From positions 1 through 48,234 of the forward strand of contig JAADCT010000005.1 in the NCBI GenBank assembly GCA_013154305.1: 48,234 nucleotides of DNA, written 5' to 3'. The position numbers and the translations under genes were made by a program. Of the stretch, positions 30,386 to 37,778 are shown one piece after another; within the stretch, counting starts at the first letter, position 1; each line of letters opens with the position of its first letter. Below the pieces are notes generated by a model. That model had not been told where the DNA came from and made no database searches. It saw only the letters and a list, made by a program, of their open reading frames with translations. The DNA comes from Aquificota bacterium. Lineage in GTDB: Bacteria; Aquificota; Aquificia; Aquificales; QOAS01.

Positions 30386-30394
30386 ATTATTGCA
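30386..30394 (-). promoter_or_regulatory. Extended -10-like element TGcAATAAT (read on the minus strand) for the dksA-like gene
   Basis: It is the left arm of a perfect 12-nt inverted repeat GAATTATTGCAC/GTGCAATAATTC. It lies about 34 nt upstream of the ATG, with an SD in between. Confidence 0.35.
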
Positions 30395-30449
30395 CAGCCG
30401 CCTTTTCCGAAACAAGGGCCACCGCCGAAAGTTTTTTAAAGCCCCGCGG

Positions 30450-30458
30450 TGCAATAAT
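30450..30458 (+). promoter_or_regulatory. Extended -10-like element TGcAATAAT for argS
   Basis: It is the right arm of the same inverted repeat, 13 nt upstream of the argS ATG, with no SD. It is followed by the recurrent 8-mer ATAACTTC. Confidence 0.35.
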
Positions 30459-30471
30459 TCATAACTTCCTG

Positions 30472-32229
30472 ATGCAGGAATTCCTGAGGGAGGAACTGAA
30501 AAAGGTCCTCAAGGAGAAGTTCAACCTCGAGGGGGTCGACTTCAAGGTCGAAAAACCCCGCCGGAAGGAATTCGGCGACCTGGCGACCAACGTGGCCTTT
30601 TTGCTCGCCAAAACCCTCAAAAAGAGCCCGCCCCAAGTAGCGGAGGAGATTGCCGCCGAGCTTAGAAAAAGTCCCGCCTTTGAGAGCGTCGAGGTCGCAA
30701 AACCCGCCTTCATCAACGTCCGCTTTTCCAAGGACTTTTATTACGGAGCCCTTCGGGACATTTTGGAAAAGGGCTTTGACTACTATCGCCAAAACCTCGG
30801 CCTCGGGAGGAAGGTTCAGGTCGAATACGTCAGCGCAAATCCCACCGGGCCCCTCCACCTGGGCCACGGGCGCGGCGCGGTCGTCGGCGACGTTATCGCC
30901 AACCTCCTCGAGTTTTACGGCTACGAGGTGGTCCGCGAGTACTACGTCAACGACGCCGGCAACCAGATAAGACTTTTGGGCCTTTCGATACTCTACCGCT
31001 ATCTGGAGCTGATGCTTTCGAAGGTCTACGAGGGGGCCTACAGCTCCGCCTCCTACCTGATGGCACCGCCCGGAGAGGCCACCAAAAAGGACCAACTCTA
31101 CGCCAAAATTTCGACCCTCTTTAGGGAGATAGGCGAGGAGTTTGAAAAAGGCGGCTACCGCGGCGAGTACGTAAAGGAGCTGGCCGAGGAGGTTTACGAC
31201 CTCTACAGGGAACAAATCTTGGAACTCTCCAAGGAGGAGGCCGTTTCCTTCCTTTCGGAGTTCGGCCTGAGGAAGATGCTCGAGGAGATAAAGACCGACC
31301 TGGAGGACTTCGGCGTTCGCTTCGACGTGTGGTTTTCCGAAAGGAGCCTCTACCAAACCAAGTACGTGGAAAAGACGCTCAACTACTTGCGGGAAAAGGG
31401 TCTGCTTTACGAAAAGGACGGGGCCGTTTGGTTCAAAACCACCGCCTTCGGCGACGACAAGGACCGGGTCGTAATAAAGAGCGACGGCTCCTACACCTAC
31501 TTCGCCAGCGACATCGCCTACCACTACAACAAGTACCTGAGGGGCTTTCACAAGGTCGTAAACGTTTGGGGTGCCGACCACCACGGTTACGTTCCCCGCG
31601 TGAAGGCGGCCGTTCAGGCCTTCGGCGTAAACCCCGACTGGCTGGAGGTCGAACTCATCCAACTGGTAAAGCTCTTTAGGGGCGGCAAAGAGGTAAAGAT
31701 GTCTAAGAGGGCCGGTTCGTTCGTGACCCTCCGCGAGCTTCTGGACGAGGTCGGAAAGGACGTCGTCCGCTTTTGGTTTATCACCAAAAGGGCCGACACC
31801 CCGCTCGAGTTTGACGTGGAAAAGGCAAAGGAGGAAAGCTCCGAAAACCCCGTCTTTTACGTCCAATACGCGCACGCCCGCATCAGCGGAATCTTCCGCG
31901 AGGTAAAGGCCCGAAAGGGTTTCGACGCCGAGGAACCCTTCGAGTTTAACCCCGAGCTACTCGGCAGCGAAACGGAGCTGGAGCTGATAAAACACCTGGC
32001 AACGCTAAAGGACGAGCTGGTTTCGATAGCCAAAAGCAGGGAGGTGCACCTGCTGCCGCAGTTGGCGGTGGACCTCGTCAAGGACTTTCACTACTACTAC
32101 AACCACTACCGGGTCATGGTCGACGACGAGGAGCTGATGAAGGCCCGCCTGGCGCTGCTCAAGGCCGTCCGCACCGCCCTGCGACTCCTGTTTCACTTCA
32201 TCGGCATTTCGGCCCCCGAAAGGATGTAG
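30472..32229 (+). CDS. argS: Arginine--tRNA ligase
   Basis: The class I HIGH region VEYVSANPTGPLHLGHGRGAVVGD, the KMSKR-type loop (VKMSKRAGSF) and a C-terminal DALR anticodon-binding region. Confidence 0.96.
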   Translation: MQEFLREELKKVLKEKFNLEGVDFKVEKPRRKEFGDLATNVAFLLAKTLKKSPPQVAEEIAAELRKSPAFESVEVAKPAFINVRFSKDFYYGALRDILEKGFDYYRQNLGLGRKVQVEYVSANPTGPLHLGHGRGAVVGDVIANLLEFYGYEVVREYYVNDAGNQIRLLGLSILYRYLELMLSKVYEGAYSSASYLMAPPGEATKKDQLYAKISTLFREIGEEFEKGGYRGEYVKELAEEVYDLYREQILELSKEEAVSFLSEFGLRKMLEEIKTDLEDFGVRFDVWFSERSLYQTKYVEKTLNYLREKGLLYEKDGAVWFKTTAFGDDKDRVVIKSDGSYTYFASDIAYHYNKYLRGFHKVVNVWGADHHGYVPRVKAAVQAFGVNPDWLEVELIQLVKLFRGGKEVKMSKRAGSFVTLRELLDEVGKDVVRFWFITKRADTPLEFDVEKAKEESSENPVFYVQYAHARISGIFREVKARKGFDAEEPFEFNPELLGSETELELIKHLATLKDELVSIAKSREVHLLPQLAVDLVKDFHYYYNHYRVMVDDEELMKARLALLKAVRTALRLLFHFIGISAPERM

Positions 32230-32328
32230 GCCCTCGTCTTTCCCCTCGGGGTCGTTTTTTCGAAACCCCTTTTGCCAAAAAGGGGAGGGAGGCGACGGCC
32301 CCCGCCGGTGGTACTATAAAAGAAGCTT

Positions 32329-33939
32329 ATGACCTACAAGGTTATAATCACCGACCCGATTGCCGAAGAGGGTCTGAAAATCCTCCGAAGCGACCCCGAG
32401 GTGGAGGTCGACTACCGACCGGAAATCCCCTTTGAGGAACTTCTCGAAATTATCGAAAACTACCACGCGATAATAACCCGAAGCCGCACGCCGGTAAACA
32501 AGGAGCTCCTCGAGCGGGCGAAAAACCTTAAGGTCGTGGGCCGCGCCGGCGTTGGCGTCGACAACGTCGACCTGGAGGAGTGCTCAAAGAGGGGAATACT
32601 GGTCGTAAACACGCCCGGCGCCAACACCATAGGGGCGACCGAGCTGACCCTGATGCACATGCTGACCATTATGAGAAACGGCCACAGGGCCCACCAGTCG
32701 GTCGCCGAAGGGAAGTGGGAGCGCAAAAAGTTTATGGGCGAAGAGCTCTTCGGCAAAAAGCTCGGAATAATAGGTTTGGGAAACATAGGTTCCCAGGTGG
32801 CGATAAGGGCCAAGGCCTTCGGGATGGAGGTCTACGCCTACGACCCCTACATTCCGCCCGAAAAGGCCGAGCGCCTCGGCGTTAAGCTGGTCGACAACCT
32901 CGACGACATGCTTAAAGAGGTCGACGTTCTTACCATCCACGCGCCCCTGACCGAGGAAACGCTGAACATGATTTCCAAACGCGAGCTCGAGCTGATGAAA
33001 GACGGCGTCTACCTGGTAAACTGCGCGCGGGGCGGAATAATCAACCAGGAGGACCTGGTCGAGGTCGCCAAGACGGGCAAGATAAAGGGAATAGCCCTGG
33101 ACGTGTTCAGGCCCGAACCGCCGCCCAAGGAATTCATCGACGCCCTCGTAAAGCTTTGGGACGAGGGGAGGATAAACCTGTCGCTCTCGCCCCACATAGG
33201 TGCCAACACCAAGGAGTCGCAGGCCAACGTTGCGATAATGGTCGCCCAGCAGGTTCTCAAGGCCCTAAAGGGTGAAACGCCCGAGCACGTGGTCAACGCC
33301 CCCTTCCCCGACCTGGAGGCCCTCGGCCTCATCAAACCCGTCCTCGACCTGGCCGAAAAGATGGGCCGCTTCATCGTCCAATGGGCGGGCGTCCACCCCA
33401 GGGAGGTCAAGGTCGAGGTCTACGGCGACATCGCCGAGCACGTCAAACCCATAACCGCCGCCGTCCTCAGCGGCATCCTTAAGGAGACCGTCGACTATCC
33501 GGTAAACATTCTGAACGCCCCCTTCCTGGCCAGGGAAAAGGGCATTAAGGTTGAGGAGGTGGCCAGCGAGGAGAGCCCCGACTTCAAACACCTCGTTAAG
33601 GTTACCGTCTACACCGACCGCGGCAAAAGGAGCGTCGCCGGAAGCGTCCTCGAAGGGTACCTTCCCCGCTTCGTTCAAATAGACAACTTTAAGGTCTACG
33701 TCGAGCCCGAGGGAATCCTCCTGGTGTTCGAAAACAAGGACATTCCCGGGGTGATAGGAAAGATAGGAAACGTCCTCGGCAGGTTTAAGGTGAACATAGC
33801 CGGTTTCAAACTCGGAAGGGAGAAAAAGGGCGGCAGGGCCATAGGCATTTTGAACCTCGACGAGCCGGCCCCCGAGGAGGCCCTCGAACTTCTCAAACAA
33901 ATTCCCGAAATTCTTTCGATAAAACAGATAAAACTCTGA
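32329..33939 (+). CDS. serA: D-3-phosphoglycerate dehydrogenase (long form with ASB and ACT domains)
   Basis: NAD-binding GIIGLGNIGSQVA, the catalytic region NCARGG...D, HIGANT and a C-terminal ACT-like domain. Confidence 0.95.
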   Translation: MTYKVIITDPIAEEGLKILRSDPEVEVDYRPEIPFEELLEIIENYHAIITRSRTPVNKELLERAKNLKVVGRAGVGVDNVDLEECSKRGILVVNTPGANTIGATELTLMHMLTIMRNGHRAHQSVAEGKWERKKFMGEELFGKKLGIIGLGNIGSQVAIRAKAFGMEVYAYDPYIPPEKAERLGVKLVDNLDDMLKEVDVLTIHAPLTEETLNMISKRELELMKDGVYLVNCARGGIINQEDLVEVAKTGKIKGIALDVFRPEPPPKEFIDALVKLWDEGRINLSLSPHIGANTKESQANVAIMVAQQVLKALKGETPEHVVNAPFPDLEALGLIKPVLDLAEKMGRFIVQWAGVHPREVKVEVYGDIAEHVKPITAAVLSGILKETVDYPVNILNAPFLAREKGIKVEEVASEESPDFKHLVKVTVYTDRGKRSVAGSVLEGYLPRFVQIDNFKVYVEPEGILLVFENKDIPGVIGKIGNVLGRFKVNIAGFKLGREKKGGRAIGILNLDEPAPEEALELLKQIPEILSIKQIKL

Positions 33940-33998
33940 ACTTTTGCGGTCTAAAGCTTTGAAGTTTCTCCTTTACCTTTTTAAATTTTGCTCTGGAT

Positions 33999-35027
33999 AT
34001 GGTGGTGAGGCAAAGAAAGGTTTGGGACGCGGCGACGCTTTACAGCCGCCACAAGGAGGGGCAGGTGGTCAGCCCCGACTTTCAGAGGGGAAGCGTTTGG
34101 AACCGAACTAAAAAGTCGGAGGCGATATACTCGCTTTTAACTATAGGTTTGCCCGAAATAACCCTTTTGGAGGCCGAGGACGGAACCTACCGCATCCTCG
34201 ACGGTCTCCAGCGGGTAAGTTCGATTATCCAATTTCTCGACAACGAGTACGCGATTAAGCTCGACCCCACCCTGACGCACCTCGACGGGCAATTGGCCGA
34301 AGAACTGGAGGGAAAACGCTTTAGGGACCTTCCCGAACACCTGCAAAACCGGATAAGGAACGCCGAACTCGGCGTCGTCGTTTACTCGGGCGTTTCCGAC
34401 TTCGACGTGGCGAGGGAAATCTTCACCCGGCTTAACTACAAGCCGACGCCCCTGAACGAGGCCGAACTCCTCTACGCGCTAACCTTCTCGGGCGAAAAGT
34501 CGAAGCTCCTGGCCGAGGTCGGAAGGGAGGTCTCCAAAAGGAGGATGTTGGGCTTTGCCCTCCTTTCGAGGGGTCTGGCCGCCCTTTCGGTCGCCCGCGA
34601 TTGGACCGAGGGGGACCTCAACCCCGAGGAGGAATTCAAGTTTTCCAAGTTTTACGACTGGCTCTTTAAAAGGACCAAGAAGTTTCTCTCCGAGTGGGAC
34701 GAGGAAACGCTGGCGCGCCGCGCCGCCGACCTCAAGGTGCTCCACCAAAGCCTGAAGACCGAGGTCGGGATAGACGCCGTTAAAAGTTCCTATTGGTGGG
34801 ACTTTTTGGGCTACGCCCTCTACGAGGCCGAGAAAAAGGCCGTTCCCGCCGAGGAGTACGGCGTCGAGCTTCTCCCGCAAAGGGTGAAGGAGCTCTCTTC
34901 CCTCCCCGCCTGGAGGGAAAACGTTTCCCAAAGGAACCGCCAAAAGCCCAAGGTTCTCGCGGAGCGCTTTCGAATACTGACCGACTTTTTTAAAAGGTTC
35001 CTGGTCCCCGCGGAGCGGGGCTCCTAA
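33999..35027 (+). CDS. DUF262 (ParB/Srx-fold, DGQQR-type) domain protein without a recognisable nuclease partner domain
   Basis: SPDFQRGSVWNRTKKSEAIYSLLTIGLPEITLLEAEDGTYRILDGLQRVSSIIQFL matches the DUF262 N-terminal pattern (FQR..VW ... DGqQR). I cannot assign the C-terminal roughly 200 aa. Confidence 0.72.
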   Translation: MVVRQRKVWDAATLYSRHKEGQVVSPDFQRGSVWNRTKKSEAIYSLLTIGLPEITLLEAEDGTYRILDGLQRVSSIIQFLDNEYAIKLDPTLTHLDGQLAEELEGKRFRDLPEHLQNRIRNAELGVVVYSGVSDFDVAREIFTRLNYKPTPLNEAELLYALTFSGEKSKLLAEVGREVSKRRMLGFALLSRGLAALSVARDWTEGDLNPEEEFKFSKFYDWLFKRTKKFLSEWDEETLARRAADLKVLHQSLKTEVGIDAVKSSYWWDFLGYALYEAEKKAVPAEEYGVELLPQRVKELSSLPAWRENVSQRNRQKPKVLAERFRILTDFFKRFLVPAERGS

Positions 35028-35039
35028 CCTTTCCTTTCT

Positions 35040-35780
35040 TTGATGAAGACTTTCTACTCGGTCCGAATGAGGGCGGCCTCGGGCGGGCGCCACGTCTCGG
35101 GTCAGGAGCGCATCGTTACCGAGGACCTCTTGGAGGAAACGATTTTGGAACTCCACCGCCGCCCGAAGGGCGAGTGGGACTTTCAATCCATTAAGGTGGA
35201 AAAACTTTCCTCTCCTCCCGAGGTGGTCGAAAGGTCGCTTCCCCTAAAGGACCACCGCTTTTCCTGCGTCCCCCTGGCGCACTCTTTCGTTTCCGCCCTC
35301 TTTGAGGAAAAGCTCGGAATAGACCGCTCCTTGGTCAGGAGGTGGCTGGCCAAACTCACCTCGGGGGTGGGACCGGGGGGTCAAAACCTTCCGGGGGCCC
35401 TGCTGGTCGACCCGCAAACGGGTGAGGTCTTAAACGGCGGAAACCCCGTCAGGACCATCCTCTTCGACTGGCTCGACCGACCGAGGGTCAAACGCCTCCT
35501 CCTTCAAAGGGGTTTTACCGAAAGGACGCTCGACGCCCTCGCGCTGGCGACCAAAAACGCCCTCTGCGGCGTCGAGGCCGAACTCTGCGTCAGCGACGAC
35601 CCCGACTACACCACCGGCTACGCCGCATCGCCCGAGCTGGGCTACCTTCGCGTCGCTCCGATGAAGGAGAAAAAAAGCCCCTTCGGCGGTCGCGTTTACT
35701 TCGTCCGCAAAGAGAACGCCCGAAGGGTCGTCGAGTGCCTCCGAAAAAGGGCCGTCTTGATTGGGGAACCCAACCTTTAA
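35040..35780 (+). CDS. bioW: 6-carboxyhexanoate--CoA ligase (pimeloyl-CoA synthetase)
   Basis: FYSVRMRAASGGRHVSGQERI and the C-terminal SDDPDYTTGYAASPELGYLRVAPMKE...GGRVYFV are collinear with B. subtilis BioW. Confidence 0.85.
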   Translation: MMKTFYSVRMRAASGGRHVSGQERIVTEDLLEETILELHRRPKGEWDFQSIKVEKLSSPPEVVERSLPLKDHRFSCVPLAHSFVSALFEEKLGIDRSLVRRWLAKLTSGVGPGGQNLPGALLVDPQTGEVLNGGNPVRTILFDWLDRPRVKRLLLQRGFTERTLDALALATKNALCGVEAELCVSDDPDYTTGYAASPELGYLRVAPMKEKKSPFGGRVYFVRKENARRVVECLRKRAVLIGEPNL

Positions 35781-35794
35781 GAGGTTTTTATCCG

Positions 35795-36718
35795 ATGGAC
35801 CAACTAAGGGAGGTCGAAGAATTTCTGGACCGCGTTAGGTCCTTTTTCAAAGGGAGGGGCTACGCCGAGGTGATTACCCCTTACCTCCTCCCCTATCCCA
35901 ACCTCGACGACAACGTTTATCCGATAGTCTGCGAAGCTTCCGTTCCCGGTTTGGGGCGGCGTCGCCTCTTTCTCCACACCTCGCCCGAGTACCCGATGAA
36001 AAAGCTTTTGGCGCGCTTCGGAAGGAGCATCTTCCAAATCTGCCACGCCTTCAGGGACCGCGAGGGCGGCCGCCTCCACGACCTGGAATTTCTGATGCTC
36101 GAATACTACAAGGTGGGAGAGGACTACCGATACCTGATGGAGGAGCTTTCCCTTCTCCTCAAAGAGCTCTTTGGACCCTTCGTCCGCTACGGCGGAAGGG
36201 AGGTTCCCGCCGAGCCGCTGATGCTGAGGTTGGAGGAGGCCTTTAAGAGGTATCTCGGTTTCGTTCCCGACCTCTCCTCGGAAAAAGCCCTTAAAAAAGG
36301 GCTGGAGGCGGCGGGGATTCATTTCGAACCCGAAGAGGACCTCGAGACCCTCTTTTGGCGCGCCTACGTCGAGCTGGAAAAGCACCTCGGCTTTGAGGGT
36401 CCCACCTTCGTCTACGACTTTCCCGAGCCCTTCGGGGCGCTGGCGCGCTGCCGCGGGGGCGTTTGCGAGCGCTTTGAACTTTACCTCTTTGGCCTCGAGC
36501 TGGCCAACGGCTACACCGAAGTAAACGACCCGTTTGAGGTTCGCCGCCGCCTCGAAAGGGTTTCCCGAAAGCTGAACCTCCCCCTCGACGAGGAATTCGT
36601 CCGAATTCACGAAAAGCTGCCGCCTCTTTACGCCGGCGTTTCGGTGGGCCTCGACCGCCTCCTGCTGCTAAAGCTGGGCCTAAAAAGCATTCACGAACTC
36701 TACTACCGAAGGCTTTGA
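35795..36718 (+). CDS. epmA: EF-P--(R)-beta-lysine ligase (PoxA/GenX, LysRS class II paralogue)
   Basis: The class II aaRS core lacks an anticodon-binding domain: FLHTSPEYPMKKLL, ICHAFRDRE, EFLMLEYY, FELYLFGLELANGYTE and GVSVGLDRL. I chose the ATG at 35795. Confidence 0.85.
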   Translation: MDQLREVEEFLDRVRSFFKGRGYAEVITPYLLPYPNLDDNVYPIVCEASVPGLGRRRLFLHTSPEYPMKKLLARFGRSIFQICHAFRDREGGRLHDLEFLMLEYYKVGEDYRYLMEELSLLLKELFGPFVRYGGREVPAEPLMLRLEEAFKRYLGFVPDLSSEKALKKGLEAAGIHFEPEEDLETLFWRAYVELEKHLGFEGPTFVYDFPEPFGALARCRGGVCERFELYLFGLELANGYTEVNDPFEVRRRLERVSRKLNLPLDEEFVRIHEKLPPLYAGVSVGLDRLLLLKLGLKSIHELYYRRL

Positions 36719-37764
36719 GACCTCCCCGAAACCTCCTTAGAGGGCCGCGAAAAATAGTTTCTCCGATGGAGTGGCTTTTTCTCCTTCTCCTCCTTTGGGT
36801 CCTCTTTTTCGAGGTCGTTTACCCTTGGGGGGTTTTCGAGGTCGAGGACTGCCCGAAGGAGGAAAGAGAGCCCCGAACCGAAAACCAAAGGAGTTTCGTC
36901 CTCCACGTCCACACCCAGTTTTCCTACGACAGTCTGGGAAAGCCGGAGGAGCTGGAGGAGGCCGCCCGGCGGCTGGGCATTTCTAGAGTCTTTATAACCG
37001 ACCACGAAAACGACCTTTTTAAAGAGGTCGTAAAGCCCGCTTCGCGGGACCTCTTTTCCGTAGGCGTCGAGTTTCAGGACCCCCGCTACGGTCGCCTGCT
37101 TGCGCTCGGAAACGGCCTTTTCGTCGTCGCCCACCCCAACCACGGAAAAAAGGACGAATACCGCTGGAGGGGAAACTATCCCGAAAACTTCCTCTACGAG
37201 CTGGTCGACCTCAAGGACGCCCTCGTAAGGGCCAATCCCCTCGTCAAACTCCACTTGGCGGTCCGCTTTCTCCTCCTTTATCCCCTTTTGGGACTGAGGG
37301 CCCTCGACTACTTTCCGCGGTTGGTCCCCGTTAAGGATTGGGTCCTCCTCTACTTGGAAAGAACCGGCGGAAGGATGCCGGTAGCGGGAGGCCTCGACCA
37401 CCACGTTAAGTTCTCCTTTTGGGAAAAACCGAAAAAGAGCCTTTCCTTCCCCCCCTACCTGTGGAGTTTTTACCTCCTTCAAAACCGCACCTTCGGCGAC
37501 GAACCGGAGGAGGCCCTCAAAAGGGGAAGGCTCTACCTCTCCTTTTGCGGTGAAAGGATTTCCCTCGAAAACGGCCGCGTTCCGGTAAAGGGAAAAGTCT
37601 TAACCGTCAACTTTTTCAGAAACGGAGGAATTAGGGCAAACCTCTGCGGGAGGGTTGAAAGGGGGGCGGCGGTTTCGGTCCTATACCGATACCTCTTTCG
37701 GGTAAAGGGCCTCTTTTTCGGCCTCCGGCCGGCGGTCCTCCTTCAATTCCCAAAAGGGAGGTAG
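36715..37764 (+). CDS. PHP-domain (metal-dependent phosphoesterase) protein with an N-terminal membrane anchor
   Basis: FVLHVHTQFSYDSLG is the PHP H-x-H...S-x-D motif, and ITDHE and a later HH are present. The N-terminal hydrophobic segment is WLFLLLLLWVLFF. An alternative start is the ATG at 36766. Confidence 0.55.
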   Translation: MRPPRNLLRGPRKIVSPMEWLFLLLLLWVLFFEVVYPWGVFEVEDCPKEEREPRTENQRSFVLHVHTQFSYDSLGKPEELEEAARRLGISRVFITDHENDLFKEVVKPASRDLFSVGVEFQDPRYGRLLALGNGLFVVAHPNHGKKDEYRWRGNYPENFLYELVDLKDALVRANPLVKLHLAVRFLLLYPLLGLRALDYFPRLVPVKDWVLLYLERTGGRMPVAGGLDHHVKFSFWEKPKKSLSFPPYLWSFYLLQNRTFGDEPEEALKRGRLYLSFCGERISLENGRVPVKGKVLTVNFFRNGGIRANLCGRVERGAAVSVLYRYLFRVKGLFFGLRPAVLLQFPKGR

Positions 37765-37778
37765 AGGGGAAGGGAAAC

